From Bacilli bacterium (GTDB lineage Bacteria; Bacillota_I; Bacilli_A; RF39; UBA660), in the NCBI GenBank assembly GCA_031549195.1, contig JAVBQF010000010.1, forward strand, positions 1,443 to 65,442: a stretch of DNA of 64,000 nt, written 5' to 3'. Under the pieces are notes generated by a model that was given only the letters and a program-made list of their open reading frames with translations, had not been told where the DNA came from and did not search any database. Both the position numbers and the translations under genes were made by a program. Shown piece after piece: positions 34,771 through 45,913 of this stretch. Positions within the stretch are counted from its first letter, which is position 1. Every line of letters starts with the position of its first letter.

Positions 34771-35907
34771 CTATAAGCCATCACCCACAACATTTTGACT
34801 AAATGAAAAGTGCATGTTCTCTGGGTGCCTTTTACTATAACCATCAATTTGAACAATACCTTTATCGATAAGGGGCTCCATCATTCCTTTAAATAATTGT
34901 GATGGATGAATTTTAGGATTAAACCTATTATAGAAGGTTGAGAGGTCTAGTAAAGTACTATTTGAATTATTAGTCAACATATATTGTAACATCTGCCTAT
35001 CTTCAACACTTAAATCACAACTAGCAGCCCTTTGGATATGACCAACTATATATTCTTTTTCTAACTCGATTATTACGTTATTTAACATATACTTTAAGAA
35101 AAAAGTTGCATTCTTGAAATCTTTTGTTTCCCTAATAACCCTGTAGTAGGAACTTTTGTCATGGTGTATTGCTCTATTAAAAAGTGTAAATGGATATGCA
35201 TCATTATTTAATAAGTACCATATACCTAATGTTCTAGATGCCCTTCCATTAACATCGAAGTATGGATGAATATATACAAATTGAAAATGAATAAGCTGAC
35301 TTCTAATAAAAGCACTCACAGGATCATCGTTTTCGTGACTTTGATTGATATACTCAATAAGGTTTTCCATCATAGCATCTACATTTTCAGGGTGTGCTCC
35401 TTGAGCTGGTGCTATGTCTGGATTATTAGACCAATGAATATAAACAGGTGCATGCCTATATGAATTACCATCTAACAATCTTTCATCTGAATCCAAAATA
35501 TCGTCCGATAGAATTGTATACAATTCTAATAAGGAGACCTTATTTATATTTCGATGATTTAAAATATAACTGTACCCTCTTGCAAGATTAGTAATTCGTT
35601 GTTGTTGTTCACTTAGTATTCTCTCTTTATTTTGACCAGAACTTTTTGCATAGCTTGCAACAGTAGAAATACTGTCATTATAGCCTTCAACTTCATTGTT
35701 ATATTTTATTTCATATGGAAAAAGAATACTTTTTGCAAAATCAAGGCTTTGAAATTGATCTTCACCATCTAAAAATTCTTTTAGTTCATCAATTAGTGGC
35801 TGAATTAATGCTTCGTAGTATCCAAAAGAAGTATTTTCTGATATTTTATTTTTATGATTTTCAACAAAAAATGGCAGCTTTGTTTTCTTAAGTGAATAAT
35901 TGTTCAT
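34771..35907 (-). CDS. Fic family protein
   Basis: HFQFVYIHPYFDVNGRASR motif; NNEVEG upstream. Confidence 0.9.
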   Translation of the reverse strand: MNNYSLKKTKLPFFVENHKNKISENTSFGYYEALIQPLIDELKEFLDGEDQFQSLDFAKSILFPYEIKYNNEVEGYNDSISTVASYAKSSGQNKERILSEQQQRITNLARGYSYILNHRNINKVSLLELYTILSDDILDSDERLLDGNSYRHAPVYIHWSNNPDIAPAQGAHPENVDAMMENLIEYINQSHENDDPVSAFIRSQLIHFQFVYIHPYFDVNGRASRTLGIWYLLNNDAYPFTLFNRAIHHDKSSYYRVIRETKDFKNATFFLKYMLNNVIIELEKEYIVGHIQRAASCDLSVEDRQMLQYMLTNNSNSTLLDLSTFYNRFNPKIHPSQLFKGMMEPLIDKGIVQIDGYSKRHPENMHFSFSQNVVGDGL

Positions 35908-36245
35908 ACTATCAGTCCTTTGTTGATAAGATATATTACCATAAACATATTACTTATTCAAGAAATATTGTCTAAAAGCTAATTTTAATAGAGATTATTA
36001 ATATCTACGCATCTGAAAAATATTAGTTAGTAAAAACTTGAAATTTAGCTTTACAAGTTTATATTTAATATATCATTTATCATTTCAACTATTTTGCTTT
36101 TCATAAAATCAATACCTTTAAGAATTTATTAACAGTGTAATTCTTTCATATAAATAATTATATTTCACTAAACATAAATTTTTAATACTTATAAATTGTA
36201 AAATGAGGTTTAATATATTATAATTACAATAGTAGGTGATAATAA

Positions 36246-36923
36246 ATGAATAAAAAAATGTTAATAACTAGTTTAATATTAGTAATGTTAATTGCTTTAA
36301 CTGGATGTTTTAGATTTGGTGATAGTAGTGATGGTAAAAAGTTTAAGGAAGAATATGAAGATTTAAATGGAAAGTTAAATGATGATGGTACTAGAAGTTA
36401 TATGAGTATTACGATACCTGAAGAAAATCCTATTAAATATAGTTCGTATGAAGAAATAAATAAAGTTTTAAATGAAGGTACTGGCGTAATACTATTTGGG
36501 TTCCCAGAGTGCCCATGGTGTAGAAATGCTATTCCAGAATTACTAGCGATAGCAGAAGATTTAGAGCTTAAAACAATCTATTACTTAAATAATAGAGAAG
36601 ATAGAGACACACGAGTATTAGACGAGGAAGGTAATATTGTAGTTGAAAAAGAGGGAACAAGTGAATATTATAAATTACTTGAAAAACTATCAGGTGTTGC
36701 ATCTGAATACACTGGACTAAATGATGCGACTATAAAGAGAATATATTTTCCAACCGTAGTATTTGTTTTAAATGGTGAAATAATCGGATACCATGAAGCA
36801 ACATTAGATTCACAAGAAGATCCATATATACCTTTGACTAAAGAACAAAAAGAAGAATTACAATTAATTTATAGAGACTATATTGTTAAAGTACTCAATA
36901 TAGCTTGCGACGAAGGATGCTAA
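36246..36923 (+). CDS. Thioredoxin-fold lipoprotein
   Basis: Lipobox LTG|C; CPWC; FPTVVF. Confidence 0.85.
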   Translation: MNKKMLITSLILVMLIALTGCFRFGDSSDGKKFKEEYEDLNGKLNDDGTRSYMSITIPEENPIKYSSYEEINKVLNEGTGVILFGFPECPWCRNAIPELLAIAEDLELKTIYYLNNREDRDTRVLDEEGNIVVEKEGTSEYYKLLEKLSGVASEYTGLNDATIKRIYFPTVVFVLNGEIIGYHEATLDSQEDPYIPLTKEQKEELQLIYRDYIVKVLNIACDEGC

Positions 36924-36989
36924 AAGCATTCTTTTACTTTGAAAGAATAAAAGTATTTTATAATGAATATGTTTTATTGGTGATAAGAC

Positions 36990-37301
36990 TTGGATACAAA
37001 TAAAGTACAAATTGGAGATGTAATAACAGTAGAAACTAAAAGTCAAAAAGGTATTGGTACAAAAATAACAAAAGAAGGTGTTCTTTTATATCAAAAACCT
37101 GATGGTACATTTTTAGATTTAGATACTAACGATACATATTATGTTGGACCAAATAGATACCTGGATGTTGGAGACTCTTTTGTTTTAAAAGAGTTATTGA
37201 AACCATTCACCGGGTTACTTACTAAACCACAACAGGAAGCAGATATGCCTAAGTCCCAAATAAAAAGTATATATAGGTTAGTTTCAAAAAAAACAAAATA
37301 A
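36990..37301 (+). CDS. Hypothetical protein
   Basis: TTG start with GGTGA RBS. Confidence 0.65.
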   Translation: MDTNKVQIGDVITVETKSQKGIGTKITKEGVLLYQKPDGTFLDLDTNDTYYVGPNRYLDVGDSFVLKELLKPFTGLLTKPQQEADMPKSQIKSIYRLVSKKTK

Positions 37302-37373
37302 TAAGTGGATAGCCTCTCATATTTAACCAAACTAGGCCTTACTCATATATTAAAGTAGTAAGGAAGTGAAGAT

Positions 37374-37616
37374 ATGAGTATAAAAACGCTTAGAGATACA
37401 AATGTTGGTGATATTGTTAAAGTTAAAAAAGTAACATCAACTGGTGATATTAAAAGAAGATTATTGGATATTGGTCTCACTCCTGGTACAAAAATAGAAA
37501 ATGCTTTTAAAAACCCATTTGGTGATATTGCAGCCTACGAAATAAGAGGAGCTTTAATTGCCATAAGGGATATAGATAGCAGAAATATACTAGTTGAAGA
37601 GGTATCTTATGACTAA
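37374..37616 (+). CDS. feoA: Ferrous iron transport protein A
   Basis: RRLLDIGLTPG, PFGDIAAYEIRGALIAIR. Confidence 0.95.
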   Translation: MSIKTLRDTNVGDIVKVKKVTSTGDIKRRLLDIGLTPGTKIENAFKNPFGDIAAYEIRGALIAIRDIDSRNILVEEVSYD

Positions 37617-39660
37617 GAAGATATCTAAGACATTATGCTTAGTAGGAAATCCAAATGTTGGAAAGTCTACAGTGTTTAATGCTTTAACTGGGATGAATCA
37701 GCATACAGGTAATTGGCCAGGAAAAACGGTTAGCAATGCATCTGGAGAATATAACTATAAAAATGAACATTATAAGATATATGATTTGCCAGGAATATAC
37801 TCACTTCTACCAAAAACAGAAGAAGAATTAGTTGCAAGAGACTTTATTTGCTTTGAAGAGTATGATGGAGTTGTTTTAGTATGTGATGCTCTTTGTTTAA
37901 TGAGAAATCTAAATTTAGTATTGCAAGTACTTGAAATTACTTCCAATGTAATTGTTTGTATTAATCTTTTAGATGAAGCGAAAAAGAATAATATTGAGAT
38001 AAATATTGATAAATTAAGTGATTTGCTTGGTGTAAAAGTAATAGGAATAACAGCAAGAGAAAAAATTGGTATGGATGAACTACTTGAAAATATAAGTGAA
38101 TTAAAAGAGGGACGCAAGAGAAATATATTAAGATATCCTAAAATTGAAGAGGAAATCAGTTTACTTGAGGATGCCTTAGATGGTGAAATAGAAGATATTA
38201 ATAAGATTAGATGGGCAGCAATAAATGTCTTAAAGGATGATAGAACAGTTTTAAAATCGCTTAATATAAAAAATGATAGACTAATAGAAAATAGTATTAT
38301 ACAAGTTAAGAGAAGTTTATTAGAAAAAGACATCTTAATTAATGAAATAGAAGACTATACTGTAGAAGTTATCAATAACAAAGCAGAAGATATATCTAAT
38401 AAAGTCGTAATGAATACTAGTGATAAAAGAAGTGATAAAAATAGAAAAATAGATAAGATAGTCACCAGTAAAGTGTTTGGTATACCCTTAATGCTATTAA
38501 TGTTAGTAGTTATATTTTTTATAACAATAACTTTATCCAATTACCCCTCTGAATTACTATTTAATTTATTTAGATTTATAGAAGATCATTTATTTAACAT
38601 ATTATCACAGTTATTGCCAGATAGACTATGTGATATGCTAGTATTTGGTTTATATAGAACTCTCACTTGGGTAGTATCTGTAATGCTCCCGCCTATGGCA
38701 ATATTTTTCCCGCTTTTTACAATACTTGAGGACTTAGGATATCTACCTCGTATTGCATTTAATGTAGATAAAGCATTTAGAAAATGTGATACTTGTGGAA
38801 AACAAGCGCTTACTATGTGTATGGGATTTGGGTGCAATGCTGTAGGAGTATCAGGAACAAGAATAATTGATTCTAAAAGAGAAAGATTAATTGCAATAAT
38901 AACAAATTCTTTTGTTCCCTGTAATGGTAGATTCCCAACAATTATAGCAATCATATCAATGTTTATTGTAGGTATATCTAATAGCCTAACACATTCTATA
39001 TTAAGTGCTTTCGTTCTAACTTTAGTAATACTATTAGGTATCACTATGACATTTATTGTATCTTTATTCTTATCAAAAACATTTTTAAAAGGAGAACCAT
39101 CTTCATTTATACTTGAATTGCCACCATATAGAAAACCAAAGTTTTTAAGTGTTATTGTAAGATCTTTATTAGATAGATCATTGTTTGTATTAGGAAGAGC
39201 AGTAACTGTTGCAATACCTGCTGGTATTATTATTTGGTGTATGGCTAATATTACATTAGAAAATAAAAGCATCTTACTACACTGTTCAGATTTTTTAGAT
39301 CCCTTTGCCAGTTTGTTTGGTATGGATGGCGTAATATTATTAGCTTTTATACTAGGTTTTCCAGCAAATGAAATTGTAATTCCCATAATAATTATGAGCT
39401 ATTTAAGATTAGGATCAATGACTGACTTATCTGATTTAGTAGCACTAAAAGAATTGCTAACTAATAATGGATGGACAATAATGACTGCAATATCAGTTAT
39501 AATCTTCTCGTTAATACATTTCCCCTGTTCAACTACTTGTATGACTATAAAAAAAGAAACTAGTTCGTTAAAATGGACACTATTAGCTATTTTAATACCA
39601 ACTATATGTGGTTTTTCTATTTGTTTTATAATTAACTTTTTATATAGATTGCTAATATAA
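37609..39660 (+). CDS. feoB: Ferrous iron transport protein B
   Basis: GNPNVGKS, GNWPGKTV, DLPG, GFGCN, FILELPPY; start ATG 37609. Confidence 0.97.
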   Translation: MTKKISKTLCLVGNPNVGKSTVFNALTGMNQHTGNWPGKTVSNASGEYNYKNEHYKIYDLPGIYSLLPKTEEELVARDFICFEEYDGVVLVCDALCLMRNLNLVLQVLEITSNVIVCINLLDEAKKNNIEINIDKLSDLLGVKVIGITAREKIGMDELLENISELKEGRKRNILRYPKIEEEISLLEDALDGEIEDINKIRWAAINVLKDDRTVLKSLNIKNDRLIENSIIQVKRSLLEKDILINEIEDYTVEVINNKAEDISNKVVMNTSDKRSDKNRKIDKIVTSKVFGIPLMLLMLVVIFFITITLSNYPSELLFNLFRFIEDHLFNILSQLLPDRLCDMLVFGLYRTLTWVVSVMLPPMAIFFPLFTILEDLGYLPRIAFNVDKAFRKCDTCGKQALTMCMGFGCNAVGVSGTRIIDSKRERLIAIITNSFVPCNGRFPTIIAIISMFIVGISNSLTHSILSAFVLTLVILLGITMTFIVSLFLSKTFLKGEPSSFILELPPYRKPKFLSVIVRSLLDRSLFVLGRAVTVAIPAGIIIWCMANITLENKSILLHCSDFLDPFASLFGMDGVILLAFILGFPANEIVIPIIIMSYLRLGSMTDLSDLVALKELLTNNGWTIMTAISVIIFSLIHFPCSTTCMTIKKETSSLKWTLLAILIPTICGFSICFIINFLYRLLI

Positions 39661-39742
39661 TAATAAAGTGAATAAAATTCACTTTTTATATTGAAAAAAA
39701 ATCATTAATTGATATAATTCAATAGTATATATGGAGGATGTT

Positions 39743-40276
39743 ATGAATTTTGCAGCACAGTTATTATCAACTATAGGCGCCATATTGATGATTGTTGCAA
39801 TACAGCTTCCAAAGAAAGATAAACTATTAATTTTTTATGGATTAGGTGGATTTTGCTTTGGGATTAGTTTTATCCTATTAAAAGGATATCCGGGTGGTAT
39901 TATATGTGTAATACTTGCTATGCAAACCTTTATTTCATATATTTATGAGAAGAAAAGTGAAATAGTACCTAAGTATGTTATGTATTTAACACTATCTGTA
40001 GCGCTTATTGCAGGAATATACTCATATCAAAACATTTACAGTATTCTACCTCTTGCCTGCAGTATATTACACACTGCAATAATGATGCAAAAGGATATGA
40101 GAATACTTAGAATACTAAGATTTATAATACTAATATGCTGGATATTTTATGAAGTTATAATAGGAGCATATGCAGCAATCATTTCAGATAGTTTAGGTCT
40201 TATATCAACAGTAATAGCAATATATAGATTTGATATATTAAAAAGGAGTAAGAATAATGAAACAAAAAGAAAGTAA
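39743..40276 (+). CDS. YgjV-family inner membrane protein
   Basis: About 6 TM helices; AAQLL..IG, YSILP motifs; start behind GGAGG. Confidence 0.75.
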   Translation: MNFAAQLLSTIGAILMIVAIQLPKKDKLLIFYGLGGFCFGISFILLKGYPGGIICVILAMQTFISYIYEKKSEIVPKYVMYLTLSVALIAGIYSYQNIYSILPLACSILHTAIMMQKDMRILRILRFIILICWIFYEVIIGAYAAIISDSLGLISTVIAIYRFDILKRSKNNETKRK

Positions 40277-41084
40277 AATAAATATAAATACTATAATTGT
40301 AGCAGTAATTGCCTTAGTAACTGTTATTGCAGTAGCATCAATATCATATGTTACCATTTCTTATATAAATAATAATAAAGAAAGTAATAATGAAATAGAA
40401 GAAGAAAAGGAAGATACAAATAATAACATTGAAGATACTGGTGATATTGCAGATGATGAAGATAAGGAAGATACTAATTTAAATAATTCTCAAAATAATG
40501 CTGAGAATAATAATAGTAGTTCCAATAATAATAATTCAACTGGTAATAATACTGAGAAAACTGATACTGGAAATACAAATAGCAATAATAATCCAAATTC
40601 TACAAGTGAAAAAACAAAATTAACAGAAGAAGAATTTGTAGCATATATGCAATCACAAAATGACAGTATTACATCTAAAACCTTAGGTGATAAAGCTAAG
40701 GAAATATTTATAACAACAGTTGATTTTATATTCTATGGTGGAAAGATTAAAGGATATACATTCTCTGAATTAACAGATAAAGCAAAGTTACAAGTACTAA
40801 AAATAGGTTTATCAATAGATAATAAAATAGAACAATACTTTCCAGGATATAAAGAGTCTTTATCAAGTACTTATTCAAAGGTAAAGGCCAAACTAGTAGA
40901 ATTATACTTAGACTTAACAGTTAAATTGTGTGACACTATTGGAAGTAGTGCTTGTAATCAAGCAAAGATAGACTTTCAAAATATGAAAGATAGTTTTAGT
41001 ATTACATGGGAGTTTATTAAAGATATTGGCATTTCTGCTATTTCTAAACTTGCTAGTTGGTATGAGATATATAGTGGAAAATAA
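40257..41084 (+). CDS. Membrane-anchored protein with Asn/Glu-rich linker
   Basis: N-terminal TM, low-complexity N/S/D/E stretch, globular C-domain (VDFIFYGGKIKGYTF). Confidence 0.8.
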   Translation: MKQKESKININTIIVAVIALVTVIAVASISYVTISYINNNKESNNEIEEEKEDTNNNIEDTGDIADDEDKEDTNLNNSQNNAENNNSSSNNNNSTGNNTEKTDTGNTNSNNNPNSTSEKTKLTEEEFVAYMQSQNDSITSKTLGDKAKEIFITTVDFIFYGGKIKGYTFSELTDKAKLQVLKIGLSIDNKIEQYFPGYKESLSSTYSKVKAKLVELYLDLTVKLCDTIGSSACNQAKIDFQNMKDSFSITWEFIKDIGISAISKLASWYEIYSGK

Positions 41085-41466
41085 ATTTCCAGGGAATGAA
41101 AATCTGCAAAAAGCATTAACTAAGTTTAAAGACGATTTAAGAAAGCTATCTAAAGAAGAGCAAAAGGAAGCCATTGAGAAATATGTTAAAATAATAGATA
41201 ATAAAATAGTAGAAATAGAAAGGAAAGAAAAAATGAAAAGCGGACAAGAAGAATTTTTTAATTTTATACTTGAAAGAGTAAAAGAGGGAAAAAAAGAAGA
41301 CGCCAAAGCGTTGATGGTTGAGAGTTTCGAGCATCAAATGAACGGAACTTTTAATAAGGAATATGCTTTAGCTTTCATGCCAAGAATGATATCTTTATTA
41401 AAAGAAGAGCATATTGAAGAAGTTAACAACATAATGAAACAATTCGCATCTAATACCAAAGAGTAA
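41062..41466 (+). CDS. Hypothetical helical protein (start uncertain)
   Basis: Open frame overlapping the upstream stop. Confidence 0.65.
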   Translation: MRYIVENKFPGNENLQKALTKFKDDLRKLSKEEQKEAIEKYVKIIDNKIVEIERKEKMKSGQEEFFNFILERVKEGKKEDAKALMVESFEHQMNGTFNKEYALAFMPRMISLLKEEHIEEVNNIMKQFASNTKE

Positions 41467-41549
41467 ACATCAAAAGAGATGTTTTTTCTTTTTCTATTTG
41501 CTAAATCTAAATATATATAGTAAAATCTATATAGTTTTGAGGTGAAATT

Positions 41550-43139
41550 ATGATTCAAGTAAATGATGTGACATTAAGATTTGGTAAAAGAACTTTATTT
41601 GAAGAGGTTAATATAAAATTTACTGCTGGCAATTGTTATGGTTTAATTGGTGCAAATGGTAGTGGTAAATCAACTTTCTTAAAAGTTTTATCAGGTGAAG
41701 TAGATACTACTCATGGTGATATTATAATTACAAAGGGAGAAAGACTTGCAGTATTAAAACAAGATCATTATGCCTATGATAATGAGAAAGTTATAGACAC
41801 AGTTATTATGGGTAATGCTAGGCTTTATCAAATAATGAAAGAAAAAGAGGCTCTATATAGTAAAACTGAATTCACAGATGAAGATGGCCTTAAATTAGGT
41901 GATTTAGAAGCTGAATTTATGGAATTAAATGGTTGGGAAGCTGAAAATGAAGCGGCAGAATTACTTAATAATTTGGGAATAGATGTTGAATTACATTACG
42001 AACTAATGAGAGAACTACCAAATAATAAAAAAGTAAAAGTATTACTTGCTCAAGCACTATTTGGTAACCCGGATATTCTATTACTAGATGAACCAACAAA
42101 TAACTTGGATATTGATGCAATTAACTGGTTAGAAGAGTTTTTAATCAATTTTAATAATACAGTAATAGTTGTATCGCATGATAGACATTTCTTGAATAAA
42201 GTATGCACTCATATTGCTGATATTGACTATAGTAAAATTAAACTTTATATAGGTAACTACGACTTTTGGTATGAATCAAGCCAACTTGCATTAAGGCAAA
42301 CTAAAGAAGCTAACAAGAAAAAGGAAGAGAAAATTAAAGAACTACAAGACTTTATCGCAAGATTCTCTGCTAATGCTTCTAAATCTAAACAAGCTACTTC
42401 AAGGAAGAAAATGTTAGACAAAATTGAACTAGAAGAAATAATACCTTCATCAAGAAAGTATCCTTTTATAGAGTTTAAACCGTCAAGAGACTCTGGTAAA
42501 GAAATTTTGACAGTAAATAAGGTGTCAAAAACAATAGATGGTAACAAGGTTCTTAATAATGTTAGTTTTACTGTTCAAAAGGGTGACAAAATAGCATTTA
42601 TTGGAAGTAATGATATAGCAAAAACGACATTATTCAAGATTTTAATGGGTGAGATTGAACCAGACTCTGGGAATATTATCTATGGTAAAACCATAACACC
42701 AACATACTTTCCGCAAGATAATAGCAATTACTTTACAAAAGATGAAAGTATTATGAAATGGATTGGACAATATTATAATATTGATGATGAGACCGTATTA
42801 AGAGGGTTCTTAGGAAGGATGCTATTTTCAGGTGAAGATGTATTTAAGAAAGTACCTGTACTATCAGGTGGAGAAAAAGCAAGATGTATGCTTTCAAAGA
42901 ATATGTTAGAAGCTGGTAACTTCTTAATATTAGATGAACCAACAAACCACTTAGATCTTGAAAGTATTACTTCACTTAATAATGGACTTATCAAGTATGA
43001 TGGAGAAATGCTTTTCGCATCACATGACCACCAGTTTATAGAAACAATTGCAAATAGAATAATTGAAATAAAAGATAGTGGTATCATTGATAGAAAATGT
43101 ACTTATGATGAATATTTAGATTCTATTTCTAAAAAGTAA
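41550..43139 (+). CDS. ABC-F family ATPase (YkpA/YbiT-like)
   Basis: Two ABC domains, no TM; GANGSGKST, LDEPTN twice, ARFSANASKSKQATSRKK linker. Confidence 0.95.
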   Translation: MIQVNDVTLRFGKRTLFEEVNIKFTAGNCYGLIGANGSGKSTFLKVLSGEVDTTHGDIIITKGERLAVLKQDHYAYDNEKVIDTVIMGNARLYQIMKEKEALYSKTEFTDEDGLKLGDLEAEFMELNGWEAENEAAELLNNLGIDVELHYELMRELPNNKKVKVLLAQALFGNPDILLLDEPTNNLDIDAINWLEEFLINFNNTVIVVSHDRHFLNKVCTHIADIDYSKIKLYIGNYDFWYESSQLALRQTKEANKKKEEKIKELQDFIARFSANASKSKQATSRKKMLDKIELEEIIPSSRKYPFIEFKPSRDSGKEILTVNKVSKTIDGNKVLNNVSFTVQKGDKIAFIGSNDIAKTTLFKILMGEIEPDSGNIIYGKTITPTYFPQDNSNYFTKDESIMKWIGQYYNIDDETVLRGFLGRMLFSGEDVFKKVPVLSGGEKARCMLSKNMLEAGNFLILDEPTNHLDLESITSLNNGLIKYDGEMLFASHDHQFIETIANRIIEIKDSGIIDRKCTYDEYLDSISKK

Positions 43140-43195
43140 ATTAATAAAAAATTACACATTTTATTAAACTGCATATAATACTACGGAGGTATTGT

Positions 43196-43498
43196 ATGAA
43201 CAGTATAACGGTTACAGATTTAATCAGACTGTTGCCAAAAGTTAAACTGATAGATATAAGAGATAAGTATCAGTACAATATGGGGAATATTCCTAGTAGT
43301 ATGAATATACCGGCAACTTTTCTTTTAATGAATCCTGGAAACTATTTAAATACAATTGATACATATTATATATGTTGTGAAACTGGCTATAATAGTAAAA
43401 AAGTGTGCTACGAATTACAAAGAAAAGGGTATAAAGTAGTTGATGTAATAGGTGGCTATAGTGAATATAGACTTCAAAAAAACAATGCTAATTATTAA
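43196..43498 (+). CDS. Rhodanese-like domain protein
   Basis: LIDIR...Y..GNIP, YICCETG, GY.VVDVIGG. Confidence 0.88.
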   Translation: MNSITVTDLIRLLPKVKLIDIRDKYQYNMGNIPSSMNIPATFLLMNPGNYLNTIDTYYICCETGYNSKKVCYELQRKGYKVVDVIGGYSEYRLQKNNANY

Positions 43499-43506
43499 CA
43501 TTGTTT

Positions 43507-44019
43507 TTATTTTATAAAATATCCATTTTGAACAGCTCTTGTCTCTGTTACTACCATAAAAGCAGTACTATCGAATTCTTTAATATAATCTTCTAGTTTT
43601 CTAATTTTTGTGCTATCTATTTCAATTAAAAGCATGTATTTTTTCTTAGTAGCATCATGTCCTTCAACATTAACAACAGTTACACCATATCCTTTTTCTC
43701 TTAGCATCTCATCAAGATTTTCATTATCAGTTATAACTTGTATTGTTAAGTTACCTTTAATAAATCTACTTGATAACTTACTACCTATAAAAGTACCAGT
43801 AGCAAATCCAAGTGAATAGCTTATTGCTACATATATACCACCAGCATCGGTATTAAGTGCTTCTCTTACAATCATGAACCAAATAAAAACTTCAATAAAG
43901 CCAATAAAACTTGCAAGAAGACTTTTACCTTTAACAGTAATGATAGTTCTAGCAGTACCCATTGAAACATCTAATATTCTTACACAAAAGATTTTAAGAC
44001 AAAGTAAAAAAACTTCCAT
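43507..44019 (-). CDS. UPF0316/DUF2179 membrane protein
   Basis: RILDVSMGTAR, YSLGFATGTFIG, GYGVT. Confidence 0.88.
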   Translation of the reverse strand: MEVFLLCLKIFCVRILDVSMGTARTIITVKGKSLLASFIGFIEVFIWFMIVREALNTDAGGIYVAISYSLGFATGTFIGSKLSSRFIKGNLTIQVITDNENLDEMLREKGYGVTVVNVEGHDATKKKYMLLIEIDSTKIRKLEDYIKEFDSTAFMVVTETRAVQNGYFIK

Positions 44020-44142
44020 AATGTATCTCCTTATTATTAATCTAGCTAAATCATATAAAAATTATACGTTTTTGTCAAACATTTGAATAATTAAAACTTT
44101 CAAATGACATTTATTTACGTTATAATAATAGTGGTGAATATA

Positions 44143-44718
44143 ATGGAAGGCTTTATTGACGAGATAGTAACATATATAGTTCAATATATCCAAAGTGGTG
44201 GAATTCATATAGGAATGTTTATTGTTATTCTAGAATCAATTCTTCCAATGTTACCACTTGGTGTTTTTGTGGCACTTAATATGATGGCTTTTGGATATTT
44301 TATAGGCTTTACTATTTCCTATATAGCAACAATTATAGGATGTTTGCTCTCATATTTTTTAATAAAATATTTCTTTAGTAATTATATTAGTAAAAAAGCC
44401 AAAGAAAAGGTAAAATTACAATTAATTGTTAATAGACTAAACAAAATAAAATTCACAAATTTAGTATTGGTATTAGCGTTACCCTTTACGCCAGCCTTTT
44501 TAATAAATATTAGTGCTGGACTAGTGAAGTATGATATAAAAAAATACTTTTATGCTTTATTAATATCTAAACTTTCTATTATTTCTTTTTGGGGATACAT
44601 AGGAATGAAAGCTATTACTAATATGAGAGATATGAGAGTGTTATTATTTCTTCTAATACTAATTATTATAACTTATATAATATCAAAAATAGTAAGTAAA
44701 AAACTAGAAATAGAGTAG
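44143..44718 (+). CDS. TVP38/DedA (VTT domain) membrane protein
   Basis: ESILPMLPL, LPFTPAFLINISAG; start ATG 44143 behind GGTGA. Confidence 0.85.
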   Translation: MEGFIDEIVTYIVQYIQSGGIHIGMFIVILESILPMLPLGVFVALNMMAFGYFIGFTISYIATIIGCLLSYFLIKYFFSNYISKKAKEKVKLQLIVNRLNKIKFTNLVLVLALPFTPAFLINISAGLVKYDIKKYFYALLISKLSIISFWGYIGMKAITNMRDMRVLLFLLILIIITYIISKIVSKKLEIE

Positions 44719-44726
44719 GTGTAAAA

Positions 44727-45824
44727 ATGGAATATGTAATAATCGGATTGTTAATATTATTAACTATATTAGTGATAATATTAATTATAAAATCTTTTAA
44801 TAACAAAAATAATGAGGCGTCAATGACAGAACGTCTCGGTAGATTTGAAGTTAATATTAATAAGGAAATAAATGATTTTAAAAGTGAACTTGTGAAGGAT
44901 ATTGATAATGATTTTGTTAAACTAAGCGAATCGATTGAAAAAAGACTTATTATGATTAATGATAAAGTAAATGAAAGACTTGATCAGAACTTTGAAAAGT
45001 CAAATAAGACATTTACAAGCATTCTTGAACGACTAACTAGAATAGATGAGGCTCAAAAGAAAATAGAAACACTATCTAATGATATTGTATCATTACAAAG
45101 TGTTTTAACAGATAAGAAAACAAGAGGTATATTTGGAGAAGTTAATTTAAAGCAAATATTATCAAGCGTTTTTGGAGATAATAACAAAAAAGTTTATAAC
45201 ATTCAACATACACTTCCAAATGGGACAATCGCAGACTCAATACTATTCGCGCCAGAACCACTTGGAACAATCGCAATAGATTCTAAGTTTCCACTTGAAA
45301 ACTATAGGTTAATGGTAGATAAGAAAATACCTGTTGAACTTAGAGAAAGATATGAAAAACAATTTAAGTTAGATGTAAAAAAACATATCGATGCTATTGC
45401 TGAAAAATATATAATACCAGGAGTTACGAGTGATCAAGCTATTATGTTCATACCAGCAGAAGCTATATTTGCTGAACTAAATGCATACCACTTAGAATTG
45501 ATTGACTATGCTTATAAAAAGCGAGTATGGATTACTTCGCCAACAACATTAATATCAACACTAACTGTGATACAAATGATAGTTAAAAATATTGAGAGAG
45601 ATAAATATACTAAAGTAATTCATGAAGAGTTAAATAAGTTAGGACTTGAATTCTCACGATATAAGGAAAGATGGGATCATTTAGCAAAGAGTATTCAAAC
45701 AGTTAATAAAGATGTAGAAAACGTGTATATAACAACTGAAAAAATAAGTAAAAAATTTGATGCAATAAGTGGAGTGGATTTAGACAAGATAGATAAACTA
45801 AGTGATTATAATATAAAAGAGTAA
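44727..45824 (+). CDS. rmuC: DNA recombination protein RmuC
   Basis: KKTRGIFGE, IDSKFPLENY, AIMFIPAEAIF, SPTTL. Confidence 0.95.
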   Translation: MEYVIIGLLILLTILVIILIIKSFNNKNNEASMTERLGRFEVNINKEINDFKSELVKDIDNDFVKLSESIEKRLIMINDKVNERLDQNFEKSNKTFTSILERLTRIDEAQKKIETLSNDIVSLQSVLTDKKTRGIFGEVNLKQILSSVFGDNNKKVYNIQHTLPNGTIADSILFAPEPLGTIAIDSKFPLENYRLMVDKKIPVELRERYEKQFKLDVKKHIDAIAEKYIIPGVTSDQAIMFIPAEAIFAELNAYHLELIDYAYKKRVWITSPTTLISTLTVIQMIVKNIERDKYTKVIHEELNKLGLEFSRYKERWDHLAKSIQTVNKDVENVYITTEKISKKFDAISGVDLDKIDKLSDYNIKE

Positions 45825-45913
45825 TATACTCTTTTTAATTTTCAAACAAGTATAAATTTGTTAAATATTAACATAATATAATTATTAATAAATAGATTTT
45901 AATAGGTGGTAAA

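Noticed and set aside
40370-40620. AAT-rich stretch as a microsatellite switch
   Set aside because: Imperfect in-frame Asn-rich linker, not a pure tandem repeat
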